NCBI GenBank assembly: GCA_965112155.1 | Contig: OZ218101.1 | Direction: 5' to 3' (one strand) | Length of the DNA: 64,000 nt | From: Podarcis liolepis | Lineage: Eukaryota | Shown here: in pieces, positions 1 through 12,266 of the stretch | Numbering within the stretch: the stretch's first letter is position 1 | Layout of the letters: each line of letters begins with the position of its first letter | Notes under the pieces: model-generated | Seen by the model: the letters and a program-made list of their open reading frames with translations, nothing else | What the model was told of the DNA's origin: nothing | The model's database searches: none | Program-made: the position numbers and the translations under genes

Positions 1-282
1 TGGGCCGGAGTGTGTGCACACATGCACACGCAAATGCTATTTCCGGCGCAGAGGAGGCGTGCACAGCTTCCCATTGGCTGCAGGAGCTTCCTGCAGCCAA
101 TGGGAAGCCAGCCAGCATCGCAGAAGGCAGTCCCCGCTCTGCTCCGTGCCGGTTTAGTGCGGCGCACAGGAGCCGACCGAGCAGGTGGCAGGGGTCCCCG
201 AGCGGGCGGTGGGGGTCCATGGGCCAGTTAAACAACCCCATGGGGCGCTTGTGGCCCATGGGCCTTAGGTTGCCGACCCCTG
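1..282. mobile_element. hAT-type MITE (window-truncated) ending …GGTTGCCGACCCCTG, followed by a SINE/CR1 tail fragment (283-315)
   Basis: CAGGGGTCGGCAACC-type terminus; internal 20-bp inverted repeat at 66-108. Confidence 0.65.
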
Positions 283-477
283 GTCTAGTCCAACCCCCTG
301 CAATGCAGGAATCTTGACTAAAGAAGCCATGGCCATTCAACCTCTGCTTAAAACCTGACCTAATGTTAGTCACATAATTCTCACCATATGTACTTTCATT
401 TTCCTCTGACTTGACTGCTTACAATCCCTTTTCCTTTCTTTCTCTGTGTATACCTGCAACACAGGATGACACTTTAT

Positions 478-555
478 ATATTTGTTGAAGTGGTCTGTAG
501 TCCATGAAAACTTCTGCTATAATAAATCGGTAGTCTCCACGGTGCCACAAAACCC
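478..555 (+). mobile_element. Degenerate copy of the hammerhead-type Penelope-like terminus
   Basis: TGTTGAAG-TGG.CTGTAGTCCA-TGAAAACTT…AATAAA…GGTGCCACAA; core mutated. Confidence 0.55.
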
Positions 556-1399
556 TTTCAGCCATCGAGACATCATTATCACTATTTTGCAGATATGAAC
601 CTGAAATCGAAAGTGTGTTTTTACTTACTACTGCATATAAACGGTCATAAGCTTCTTGTAGTCATTATTTGATGAAAGAAAATGTTAAGTCCATGTGAGT
701 TCATTTAGGCTGCATCCCATTCCCAATTAATGTTTAAATTCAGTTGCGCTAACTAGAATTAATTTATTTGAACTCAGTTGATGGGAATCCAATTGGACAA
801 TATGACTAGGTAAACAAAGGGTTTCATCGTCAATTTGTAGGCATCCTTCCAAGGCTCTGAATGTAAATGTGAAGGGCAAATATTTGTTGAATATTTGAAA
901 ACAGACTTGAGGAACCCCAGTATTGCTTAATATTGTAAATAGATTATTCAGGTACTGCAAACAGGTAATTGGCAACAGGTTGTTTTTGCTTTTTTTATAA
1001 AAAAAAATCCCCAGAAAGCAAAATCTGGATAAAATAGAGACAGGCATTTTGATACCAACTATGCCAAGTGGGGAAAAAAATATTGCAAGCGGAAACACCA
1101 ATCTCGCAATAAACACTCATCTGCAAGCAGCCAGAAAGGGGAAAAGTTGAGAACTGCCTTTGGGGGAAAACTTTGAATGAGTGATCTGATGGGAGATGAA
1201 CCAGGTAAGACCGCAGTTGTTGACATTTAAACCAAGAGGAAGTCAACAGTGCCAACAACTGCATAACACTGAAGGTGGATGAGGACAGACAGAGGAGAGG
1301 CCTTTTTTCAGCAGCTTATGGAAAAAGGGGCAGCCCATTTCAAGTGCCACACACAATACCACGCACAAATACGTTGCTGCTGCTAAGTGGCATTTCCCG

Positions 1400-2350
1400 T
1401 GAAATGGTGACTACCCCGGGGTGGGGCGTGAGAAGCAAGGGGGGAGGCTCCTCTCTCCCTAGCAACAGCCCCACCCTAGCAACAGCCAGCCCGCCCGCTC
1501 CGGACGGAGTTGCGGCTGCCCTTCCCCTGGCGTCACGTGAACGCCAGGCCCCGCCCCCGTGGCGCAGCCTCCGCCATGTTGTTTTTTTCTCCTCCGAAGC
1601 AGCCCCTCCCCCACCACCCCTGGCACCTTTGCGAACGGCGGCTGCGGGTGACTCGGAGAGCCTCGTCCTCGCCCCTCGCCGCCTTCGTGGTAGGTAGGTG
1701 GGCGCGAGCGAGCGCCGGACCCCTTTCCTCGGGGCGGCGGGCGGTAAGGAGGAGGAGGAGGAGGAAGGCGGTCTCCGTTGGCTTTCGGGGGGACACGGGG
1801 GGCTTTACGGGACCGGGCAAGCTGGGCTAGCAGCCGGTTCGTGTCTTGCTTGCTGGGGAGGGATGCTGTAGGGCTGCCCTGGTTCTGCTTAGTGGCTTTT
1901 GGGTGGCTGGGGTTCCCCTTGTCGCAAAAAAGGGAGCCAGCGACTCCCCTCTCCTCCCCCCCCCAAAAGAGTGGTTGTTTTGCAGGGTAAGTAAGCCGAG
2001 TTTAAATCGCTTCCTCAGGCTACCCAGCCGTGCAATGGGTATATATATGTTTCATTGATTTTAAGCCCGTGGTAGGACTGCGGTACTAGAGAGGGGGGCG
2101 TTGTTGTTTTGTGGGGTGGTGTCAGGGTCCGCACCTTTCGCCATGGGCGCGTTTCCTGCGCAGTGACGAGAGAGGCTTTTCCCTATAGAGGTGCTTCGTG
2201 AAACTTCCTCGGAGCAGGAGGAGGGGGCCTGGGGTCTCAGGCGGCTGATGCCGCCCGCCTGTTTTCCTGCCTGACTTGCAAAAGGTGGCGTGATTAAAGG
2301 TCCCGTGATGGAGAGGCAGGCGGCGGCGGTTCGCTTGAGAAATAGCTGCT
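1400..2350 (+). promoter_or_regulatory. RAB9A: CpG island / RAB9A promoter and probable non-coding exon 1 (donor GTAGGT at 1690 or 1694)
   Basis: Very GC/CpG-rich. GC box 1549-1558, E-box GTCACGTGA 1532-1540, YY1-like CCGCCATGTT 1571-1580, two CCTAGCAAC RFX-like half sites at about 1458-1483. Confidence 0.8.
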
Positions 2351-3057
2351 CTTCTATACTTATCGGCTGGCACATGACCAGTTTCTCCCTAGGGCAGTTT
2401 CTCAGAACTGATTAAAGTCACTGGACTGCTCAAAGGACAGCTCCGCTTCTTATGTATGTCCCCTTTGTCTGCCTTCATTTTTCTGGCGCTTTTCATGTGG
2501 AAAATCCCCGTACCTTCCCATTTGAGGATGATGTATGATACCATTTACTAGGCTGCTCTTCTGGTTTTTTGTGAACAAACTCTTCCTACCTGTGCATGAA
2601 AACAAAGAGCTTTTGCTTTATGCTTATCCAGTGCCAAATGAGATGAAGTACTGGGTCTATCTAGCTGTGTGGCAAATAACTGCTGTGGGTTGGTTTAAAA
2701 CTGTTAAGAATTTTTTGGTTGTTTCTGTCATATGGAAGAACAGGAAAATGTAGTATGTTTGTCCTTAGCAAGGATAAGAGTTTCGAAACATTTTTTCCCA
2801 GAACATTGCGTAAAAGTAATTCTTGATTGTGTTGGAAAGCCACTTGAATGAAGGTGAAACTTTGTGGTATGTAAAGGACTACCCTGAGTGCTGCTTAACT
2901 TCAAAATTCTTCAAGACACAATGGTCTGACTTAAGTTTCTCTGGCCCTGTTTTCTGAGCCTGTAACTGAACAGCTCTGGTTTCCTTGTGTCCAAGTCATA
3001 GTTGTCCTAGGGTGAAGAAGCTTTGTAGATAAACTTCATTATGCCATAACTTCCAGT

Positions 3058-3169
3058 TACAGATAGTTTTCAGTGTATCTGAAGAAGTGTGCATGCACAC
3101 GAAAGCTCATACCAAGAACTAACTTAGTTGGTCTTTAAGGTGCTACTGGAAGGATTTTTTTTATTTTGA
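3058..3169 (+). mobile_element. 112-bp Penelope-like/retrozyme-type short insertion with a 14-bp TSD
   Basis: Flanked by identical CCATAACTTCCAGT at 3044-3057 and 3170-3183. Contains a hammerhead core and the …GTCTTTAAGGTGCTAC tail typical of reptile Penelope-like termini. Confidence 0.8.
3075..3112 (+). ncRNA. Minimal type I hammerhead ribozyme motif
   Basis: GTAT-CTGAAGA-A-GTGTGC AT GCACAC-GAAA-GC-TC-ATAC: stem I GTAT/ATAC, CUGANGA core, perfect stem II, GAAA, palindromic AGCT stem III, CUC cleavage triplet. Confidence 0.7.
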
Positions 3170-6100
3170 CCATAACTTCCAGTGAAGGATATTCTACTGT
3201 TTTCCTAGGCCACTTAGTACATTGCCTCACTGTACCTACAGTTTAAAAGTACTTCCTTATACTTAAGCTAACCTTGCCTGTCTGCAACTTAAATCTAAAA
3301 TTGGAGGGGAAATATTTTATGTCAACTTCTAAAAAAATCTCTGAAAAGATCAAGCTGCGGGGGTGGGGGAAGATCCCACTTTTAAATTGCACAAATCACT
3401 AATGCAGGGGGGAGGTGGGGTGTCAGGAGTCCGCCAAACCTATTGCTAAAGTTGTGTCATACAACCAGGAGTGGGGAAATTGCAGGTGCTTGTTTTCTTG
3501 AACACATGACACTTAGTTCCTGCTGCTTAAAGAATGTTTATGTGTGTCTGCAGTATTCATTTGTGGATAGAATTAGTAGGTATTTGTTTAGTACATTTTT
3601 ATTGCACCTTCATTTCATCATGGAACTTATGGTGCCTTACCATGGAGTTTCTAGGCACTGACCAAACCCAGACCTGCCTAGTTTCAGCAGGGTTGCCATA
3701 TCTTTCCCCAGCTGTACACATTTTTAAATTTTATCTTACGTATTTAGAAATTACCTCACAACCAGAAGCTATTGAAGTGGTGTGCAATAAGATAAAGTGA
3801 GTTAAAATACAAAAGATAGACTCCAAAAAGACTAAACCTAATTATACAACTGTACAATTAATATTCCATAAAATGACTGAGTCATTTGTGGGGAAAACTT
3901 AAACTAAAACATCTTCATCCCCCCCCCCCTAAATATCAAGATGTTAGGTCACTTTCAAATTTCAGCTGCTTACTGATTCCACTGGGCTGGAGCTGCAACA
4001 CCACAATGTGAGTAGGTCTGTGCCAGCCATTGTAATTTCACCAATACTTTTATTGGAAGCTCTGACTCGTGTAATTCAGTCACGAGGAGGGAAAAGGTAT
4101 CTAGAAGTAGGCACAAAAGCTATTATAGATAAAATAGATTTGAAAAAATGCTTAAGCCTTTGGGGAAGCTTTGAGGAACAGGTTCTGATGTGTAAAGGGC
4201 TGCATCAAGTTTTGCTTAATTTCACCAGAAGGACAAAAACCTTCTGGTTTTAGATTTTTATGGTCCTATTTTCCAAGTCAGTGATTAAATAGCTTTAAAT
4301 TCCTGTAATGTGTGCTGTTTGCTCTCCACGTCTAGTGTGTATTTATAGCTGGCCATGGATTTTGTGATATGGTACAGCTAGTATATTGGGCCTTAACTTT
4401 CTAGTCCCTCTAACTAGTGCTTCTTGAATAACTAGTGCTTCTTCAGTTTTTAAGTTCCTCTCGAATAGCTTGATCCAGACAAGAGGGAGATGGTGATGGT
4501 GAATGGGGCCTTGTGATCTGATGAGGTAAAGTTACATGCTGCTGATAGGATTTTCTTATCTATGAGATACCAGGCTTGCACCATGGGAGTCTGTAAATCC
4601 AGCTTGCTTCTTGAGGCATGACTGGACGGTTTCAATTAGTGCTATCAGATTTGCCTATCAAGAAAAACACATAAGGTATAAAACTGTACATGTATGACTT
4701 AAATTCCTCTTTAACTTCAGTGGGAACTTAGAAACCCAACAGACATCACTGTTTTAAATATTCCTATACACTCATGCGTGTTTCTAGCTTTATTTGGTAT
4801 TAAATCAGACATTCATAAATAATTGGACCAAAACCCCAGATCTCACTTTAAAAAGAGTTCAGCACACCTGATAGCTGGTATTCTGAATTTCAAAGTAATC
4901 CTAACCCCTAGCTTTCAGTAGTCAAACATACTTGTTTACATACTTTACAGAACATCTGAAGTACTTTGACTGCCTTTAAAGTAAATCTCATTTAACAAAT
5001 AATTTGGTGCTACAGAATATATTGTTATAAGCCGAAATTACAAAGCACCCTTGAAGTGATTTGTAAGTAGTTAGATTTTTTTTTTACCTGGGGAAAAATA
5101 ATATAGTGGGTTAAAATAATATAGTGGGTTAAATTCCCCCAACACTGAATTACTTTTCACACACCCCTCACCCCTGCAAAGTGCCTTTCTACTACATCTG
5201 GTTACTTGAACAAAGTTTGATAAGAGAAGCAATAAGGCTATAGACCTGAAACATGAACAGTCATACAGCCTAATCCTGTCAATGATTACTCAAGAAGTAC
5301 TACAATTTTAATTAAACTGAGGCTGCAGTGCTGTGATTTGGTACAGCTTTCTTTTGGGTAGACATTTATAGATTTGTGTTTTTATTTCCAGGTATATAAT
5401 CACTTACATTAAAAAGGCATAAGAACTAGACTATAAAGAATAAAATACTTGGAATAACATGAAAACCATTAGTTTCTTCAGTAAGGTAGAGTGCAATATT
5501 AAAAAAACTTCTACCCTTAAAGGTAAAAACATGAGGGTGGTTTACAAAACATTAAATGGCTAAATATATATGAAATGCAGGTAGTTCAAATTATGGCATT
5601 AAAGTAACATTACAAATCAAAATATGATATGATCTGGACTTTGGAGGGGACAGTCTAATATATGTAAATCTGTTGATGCTTATGCTAAAATTCACATATT
5701 TGCAGTGTGGCATGTGCTTTAAGTGAAATTGTAGAGCGGGAGTGGGGTTCCTATAGTCTTCCAGTTGTATCAGTCCCCCAAACCATGGTCAGTGGTAGCA
5801 ATGATGGGATCTGTAGTTGAGCAACTTCTGGAGGGCCAAAGTTTCCCCACCTGTTGTAGAGACTTGCTCGAACCTTTTTGGTTTATACTAAGAAGACACT
5901 GCTTCAGTTTGTGGTTCTGTCCTGCATGTCCAGTCTTCTAACATATCTGCCTTGCCCCGCACAAAAGCTCAGTATCTGTGACTGGACTCCCAAAGTATTC
6001 AGTTTTGCCTGTATAGTTGGCATTACTTATATTCCCAAAGTCAATTCTTAAAATAACTGCGCCCACATTTATTTTTTTTATAGAAAATGCACCTTTACAT

Positions 6101-6764
6101 TTTTCTGTTCTGTTCTGCTCTGCTTCCCCCAAACCTCAACTTACTAGCATACAGTGAAAGCATACCTTGGTTTTCTGCTTCCTCTTTTCCATCTAGTTAT
6201 TCTAAAAGCAGCACGTGAACGTTTCACTTCCTCAAAAAAAAAGGGAGGGGGGTTAAGATTACCATGATTACACAATAACTTATTATTTGCCAAGTAATCA
6301 AAAGGGGGGGGGTATTCTGTGATCGAGCTACTGCCACTTCCTAATCCCTGCTGGCTTGCTCTGGGAGTTTGGCTTTTCTTGTTCTTCTCCAATTTTGACT
6401 TTTTAAAAAAGTTTTCCTCCTAAAAACACAAATGGGAGGGGATATATAGGGCATCTTGGTGGAATGAAGGCTTTTTGGATCCCTGCAGATCCAGGGGCTT
6501 TTGTGATCTGCCCACTTTCACGCTTACCTACCAGAATATAAATCTGATGTTATACCTGCACCTGCTGAGCTTTCTGTGGGTGTACTGGGGGATTCTCCTC
6601 AGATGTAAGTGTTTTCCTGTCTGCAGGCCTCTCCACTGGTAAGAGTGGCACACTACATCTAAAGGCACTTTTGCTGGTGTACGGCCTTAGTAGTAGTTGA
6701 GGTTTTTTAAAGTGCATGGCATTACTGTGTCTAAAAGTGAATACAATGTCTCTCTTTTTTACAG

Positions 6765-6806
6765 GTGTTGGATTACAATGACTGAACAGTAAGGGTAGCT
6801 TATTTG
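6765..6806 (+). other. RAB9A: Candidate RAB9A 5'UTR exon
   Basis: Strong acceptor tctcttttttacag and donor gtaagt; no transcript evidence available. Confidence 0.45.
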
Positions 6807-7203
6807 GTAAGTGTTTCATATGCTTGTAATATTAGATGTCTTCCGCATTTCTAAAATTTCAAGTAGAGGAAAGATCGAGGGGAGGAGGGTGTACCAGGAA
6901 ATATGGCAGAGGTGGTTGCTTGGCAGAATACTGGTAAATCCCAGAAATTTCCCTTTAAACAGATGTTAGGAACTGTTCATATTACCACTGTTTTCTGAGA
7001 TGCTTCATGAGGATGAGGTCAGTTCAAAAGCAGGATGGAGTTAGTTTAACAGTGGTCACGGTGGTTGTAAGATGTCTGAGTGAATGGAGAAGAGAGCAAG
7101 CCTGATCTTATACTGGCAGCCTGGCTGTTAGCATGCAGTCAGTTTGTATAGCATGATAATTTCTCATTCACAGAATGATTTTAGTATAATGAAAAATCAA
7201 TCT

Positions 7204-7449
7204 ACTCCTGCCAACCTAGCAGTTCGAAAGCACGTCAAAGTGCAAGTAGATAAATAGGTACCGCTCCAGTGGGAAGGTAAACGGTGTTTCCGTGCGCTGC
7301 TCTGGTTCGCCAGAAGCGGCTGAGTCATGCTGGCCACATGACCCGGAAGCTGTACGCCGGCTCCCTCGGCCAGTAAAGCGAGATGGGCGCTGCAACCCCA
7401 GAGTCGGCCACAACTGGACATAACGGTCAGGGGTCCCTTTACCTTTACC
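7204..7449 (+). mobile_element. Sauria SINE, 5'-truncated
   Basis: CCTGCCAACCTAGCAGTTCGAAAGCACG…AGATAAATAGGTACCGCT…GGCCACATGACCCGGAAG, ending in an (ACCTTT)n tail. Confidence 0.9.
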
Positions 7450-7791
7450 ATTTGTGACTAAACTTTAGAAAGCAACTAAAGTGCCCTTGATTTAATCACT
7501 ACCATTTACAGCAGGCCTTTAACATATAATAGAACAGCTTTATCTGTCTACGTTGTTGCTTACAGTTATATTGCATTTTAATCTATCAGTTATTTTTGAA
7601 CTGATTTTAATGGATGAATTTATGAATATTGCTAGCCTTGCCTCTTTTGTGAGGAAGGGCCAGTTTTAATAAATAAGTAAATCCCATATCAAATAGATAT
7701 TTGTGTAACAAGTTGGAATTTCTTTGTATGAACTAGATCTGTTCTATTTTGCAGAACTGGATATAAGAAAATATCTGTTCTTGAAGCAACA

Positions 7792-8397
7792 ATGTCAGCA
7801 AAATCAACGCTCCTTAAAGTAATCCTTCTTGGTGATGGAGGAGTGGGCAAGAGTTCGATTATGAACAGATACGTCACTAACAAGTTTGACACAGAGCTGT
7901 TCCACACAATAGGTGTCGAGTTTTTAAATAAAGACCTGGAAGTGGATGGGCACTTTGTCACAATGCAGATATGGGACACGGCTGGTCAAGAACGTTTTAG
8001 GAGCTTGCGGACTCCTTTCTATAGAGGTTCTGACTGCTGCCTTCTCACTTTCAGCGTAGATGACTCTCAGAGCTTCCAGAATCTGGGCAATTGGAAGAAA
8101 GAATTCATTTACTATGCAGATGTCAAAGAGCCTGAAACGTTTCCTTTTGTGATACTGGGAAACAAAGTTGATATTAGCGAGAGGCAAGTGTCTACAGAAG
8201 AAGTCCAGAACTGGTGCAGGAACAACGGCAACCATCCTTACTTTGAAACCAGTGCAAAAGATGCCATTAATGTTGCTGCAGCCTTTGAGGAAGCTGTTCG
8301 AAGAGTTCTTGCCACTGATGATAGGTCAGATCACTTGATTCAAACTGATACAGTAAACCTTCACCGGAAGCCCAAGCCTAGCTCATCATGCTGTTGA
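7792..8397 (+). CDS. RAB9A: Ras-related protein Rab-9A (single coding exon, 201 aa)
   Basis: Motifs GDGGVGKS (P-loop), WDTAGQE, GNKVD, ETSAK and a C-terminal CC prenylation site. Near-identical to vertebrate RAB9A (…HRKPKPSSSCC). Acceptor ttttgcag ends at 7754. Synteny with TRAPPC2/OFD1. Confidence 0.98.
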   Translation: MSAKSTLLKVILLGDGGVGKSSIMNRYVTNKFDTELFHTIGVEFLNKDLEVDGHFVTMQIWDTAGQERFRSLRTPFYRGSDCCLLTFSVDDSQSFQNLGNWKKEFIYYADVKEPETFPFVILGNKVDISERQVSTEEVQNWCRNNGNHPYFETSAKDAINVAAAFEEAVRRVLATDDRSDHLIQTDTVNLHRKPKPSSSCC

Positions 8398-11300
8398 CTA
8401 TTTTGTTTTATTTTCCAGCCATATATAGTTCTAACTTAACTTGAAGTAATAATAGATCAAATATGATTCAGTGGGTGCCACTCTAATATATTAAAACTGT
8501 AACATTCTACTGCTTTATGTGTCGGCAGAGGAAAGCTTCTTTTCAATAAGTAGCCTGTTGCTATGTTAGTGGAGTCTGACATCTGGGAAGGTACCAGCTG
8601 AAGAGTTGATTTAATTTAAATGTGTCATTTGAAAATTAATAAATTATATACTAAAACTTGAAAGTTCTAGAAGCACTACTTGGGAGGACTTGTTCTGAAA
8701 TTCAGATGCAGAATAGATTTTTTTATATGTACATATATATTTTTATGAGATCACCAGCCCATGTTTTGCTTCACTAAAACCCTTTTTTCATAAAGCAGTA
8801 ATGGTAGGTGATAGGGTCTTGTTCTAGTTCTCATCTTTAAAGTGATTTTTCTTTAAAAAAAAATCAAAGCTAATATAAGTATTTTAAGGGCTTTTGCTAT
8901 TTGCCTAGTGTCACTGAATTGCCTGTAGATTTTATGTTAGGAAATAAACCTGCATACATGGAGCCTGCCTGGTTGTGTCTTCCTGCCCCTTTCATCCATA
9001 ATTGATTTCTATAAGGTTGGAGAACATATCAAGAGTTTTCAAAAGAAGGGGCTTAATGTAGCTCCTCATTGATACTAAAATTTCCCTTTGGCATGGTTTT
9101 AATCTTAATTATGTATTGTCAATCTTAAATAGTTGTTTATCCTGGCCCCAGTGGGCAGTTACTTGGATTGCAGGATTTAAGGTTTTGAGTGAGAAAGCAT
9201 TCAATAATTTTTTGTTTTTAAAAGTTAGAGCTGCAATCCTGTGCACACTTATCTTGAGAGTAATCTGTATTGGAAGCAGCGTGACGAACTCTTGAGTAAA
9301 CACAGGATTCTGCTGCAAGTTGCTTCAGTATGAGAGATGGTTGAAAGGTTCACAGCCTCTGCCTTTCTCACTGAGCAGTTTTCCATGGCATTATCTTAAG
9401 CAGCTGAAGTATGTTTGAATACCACAATGTTTGATACCAGCGAAGCCGAACCTGTGCTCTCCAGAGGTTGTTGGACTACAACTCCCATCAGCCCTGCCCA
9501 CACTGGCTGGGGCTGATGGGAGTTGAACTCAAACATCTGGAGAGCCAGATTCCCCACTCCAGGCACTCCCTTTTGTTAGATTGCTTTTTGGATGGATAAC
9601 ATCCATTCTCAGGCAGTTGTTGCAGCACAGTGCGAGAAAGGGCAGCTTGGACTTAGGATGAGAACTTTTCACTCATTCCTTATGCCTTAGGCAAATCTTC
9701 TCATAAGCATTAAAAGAGCAGTTTCCTTCAACTGCTTGCTCGTGACTTCATACAAATTATTTGATCTTGATCTATGGGGCTTTCTGTACTTTGATCAACT
9801 GAAAATAGAGCTGTGGCTGGAGATTCGGGCCATGCTTAATGGGCAGCATAGAAAACGGCATATGATCTGAACTACTCTCACACACATGCTAGACAAGTAT
9901 GTGGCTGGATGGTTGAGTAGATAAGTTATTTTGCTATACCACTTGTGTGTGGAAGCGCTATACTTTTTGCCGGGGTACTCACTATGCAAGATGCCTTATT
10001 GCCATTAGCTTTGTGAAGTTATTAAAAATGAATGCTGTTTAACGTGATAAACATCTCAGAGGGCCAATATGCTAATGTTATCAGTGAAAACAGAAACACA
10101 GCATAACTTGTGGGAGGGTGACACTTCCTCAGAAGGTTTCCTATCACCCACCCATCTGCCTAACATCAGTGCAGGAAGGATCCTACAGACCTTTGAGCTT
10201 CAGGTCAACAAGGAGCTCATGTACTTATTCCAGTGAATATATTGTCAAAGTACAGGTTTGTGGACACTAGGCAGAATTCAGCAGAGGGGGTGAAAACTAG
10301 AGTGCTGGTATATGGCTGGGTGGAAAAGGAAACCATCTCTTTATCAGTAAATATGACCTACAGGGCTTCATTACTGTTCAGACTTATTTTAGTGTTTAAA
10401 CTCGAGAGCATAAGTAATAACAGAAATATGTGTGTGTGCGCGTGCACACACACACACACACTTTTGAAAAAAACATCGCTAATGTTCCTCAAATAAGATG
10501 TTTCCCAGAAAATAGTGACCCTACAAGTATGTGTTAACCTGGAGTGGTATTCAGTTAAGTTTTACTCAACACAGACCTATTGAAATCAATGGACCTAGCT
10601 TATGTTCATTAATTTCAGTGGGTCCACTCGAGTAAAATTTTGTTGAATACCACCCCCTGTCTTGTGCCCATTTATAATGGGCTGTACCCAGTGCTGCCAT
10701 TTTGCTTGCACAACAGACTCTTGCTTGTAAAACAGCAACTTTCTCCTCTCCTGAAGCCCCTCATGCATTCTCCAAAATTGATCCAGCAGATTAGTGGGTA
10801 GAGGAAGCAGAAGTTCTGTTGCATGAGCAGAACACTGCCTGCACAGTTTTGGGTGCCAGCCATAGTGTGTGTTCTTGAACAACACAATGTCACAGAATCC
10901 TTGGGCCAAATGGTTTTGTGACTTGTGTTGCTGTAATTCAGAGAGCTCTGAAGTATTATGACTTGTGCTAGTTATCCAAGGCTTTTTCTACATATACTAA
11001 AGAAAAGAGACCTACATGGTTAAAGATGCAGCATACTCTGTTTGTACTGCTGAATACTTCCTCCTGGTAAGTTACAACATACCCAGGGCAGCAGTTAATA
11101 TCCAAATAGTTTAATGAACTGAAAGACTTAATGACCCATTCAGAGAGCATCAATGCATATGATATTATAAATTTACATTTTATTTGGAATGTTAATTCAG
11201 AATCTCTGCAAATGAATCAAACATCACATATGTTATCCTATCACTTCAGTATCTTTATTGTGAAATGTAACCACTCAGTAGGAATGTAGCACAATGAAAC

Positions 11301-12266
11301 TTCAATAGGCTTAAGCAAATTCTTAAGTAAAACATATAAATGAGTTATTTAATGTAAGACTTTAGTGAGAGCCAGACTACCTAGAGATGTTTTTGGCTTT
11401 CTTCCTTACTCTTTTCCAGGCTAAGGCTATATGGTCTTTCATATACAGTACACATCACTGTTGTCAAAGTTAGAGGATTAAGAATACAGGCTATTCAATC
11501 TACCTAGAATAGGACTGGATAGTGCTTAACTTGATTGGATTGTTCCCAATATAATAAGCGTATTATAGAAAACAAAGTAGTGGGATTTAGTTCTGACCTT
11601 TTAAGTTTCAGTTAAGTTGCTTGGTGTTAATACTTGAGGAGCAGCAAGTTACTACAAATAAGTTTTAGAGGCAAAACACATCACCCTTTTTGCATCCTGT
11701 TGCTTCATTCACATGTGCACATGATAATGAAGTCACTTGTAAGCAAATAGTGTGTTTCTGCCCACCTATGTGCTCAATTATTCCAATAAAATGGTAGCAA
11801 GTTGAACTGAGGCGATTCACTTGTAACTATGTGTTTAGGGGTAAGTTGTGTTTCTGTTCTGCTATCCACACCTTTTTCATTTCAACACACCATTCTGGTA
11901 TCTGGTTAGTCTTAATACTGACATAGCCCTGAACTGAATGCTTTCGCACTGATCAAAAAATCCTGATGTCTGCCTTGCTTTAGTTATTAAAAAAAACTAG
12001 GTTCTTCATTTAACCTTTTGCCAAGCTAGCGGAGGTGCTGCTTTAAATATTTAATTTTTAAAATTAATTTTGATATATACAAATGTTTTACAGCTAGAGT
12101 GATCACCTATAATAAATACATCTGTTAGGCTCCTGAAATTGGTTTTCATATAAGGTAATAGATAACCTTAAGTGTTGTTGTTTTTTAATAATATAATTAG
12201 GCTTTATGGGTTCAGAAATGTCAGATATACAGCAGGCTATTTAGGTTCTAATACAGTTACAGTAAC

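Noticed and set aside
300-1300. TCEANC or another upstream gene expected from synteny
   Set aside because: No recognisable coding sequence or convincing exon structure.
1275-2375. Overlapping 70-140 aa ORFs in the RAB9A CpG island (likewise 16106-17081)
   Set aside because: GC-rich, stop-poor sequence giving low-complexity Arg/Pro/Ala translations with no recognisable homology.
6627-6638. 12-nt micro-exon (ctgcag|…|gtaaga) in the RAB9A intron
   Set aside because: Splice-like motifs alone are too common to support the call.
7197-7451. 84-aa and 65-aa minus-strand ORFs
   Set aside because: Antisense translations of the Sauria SINE.
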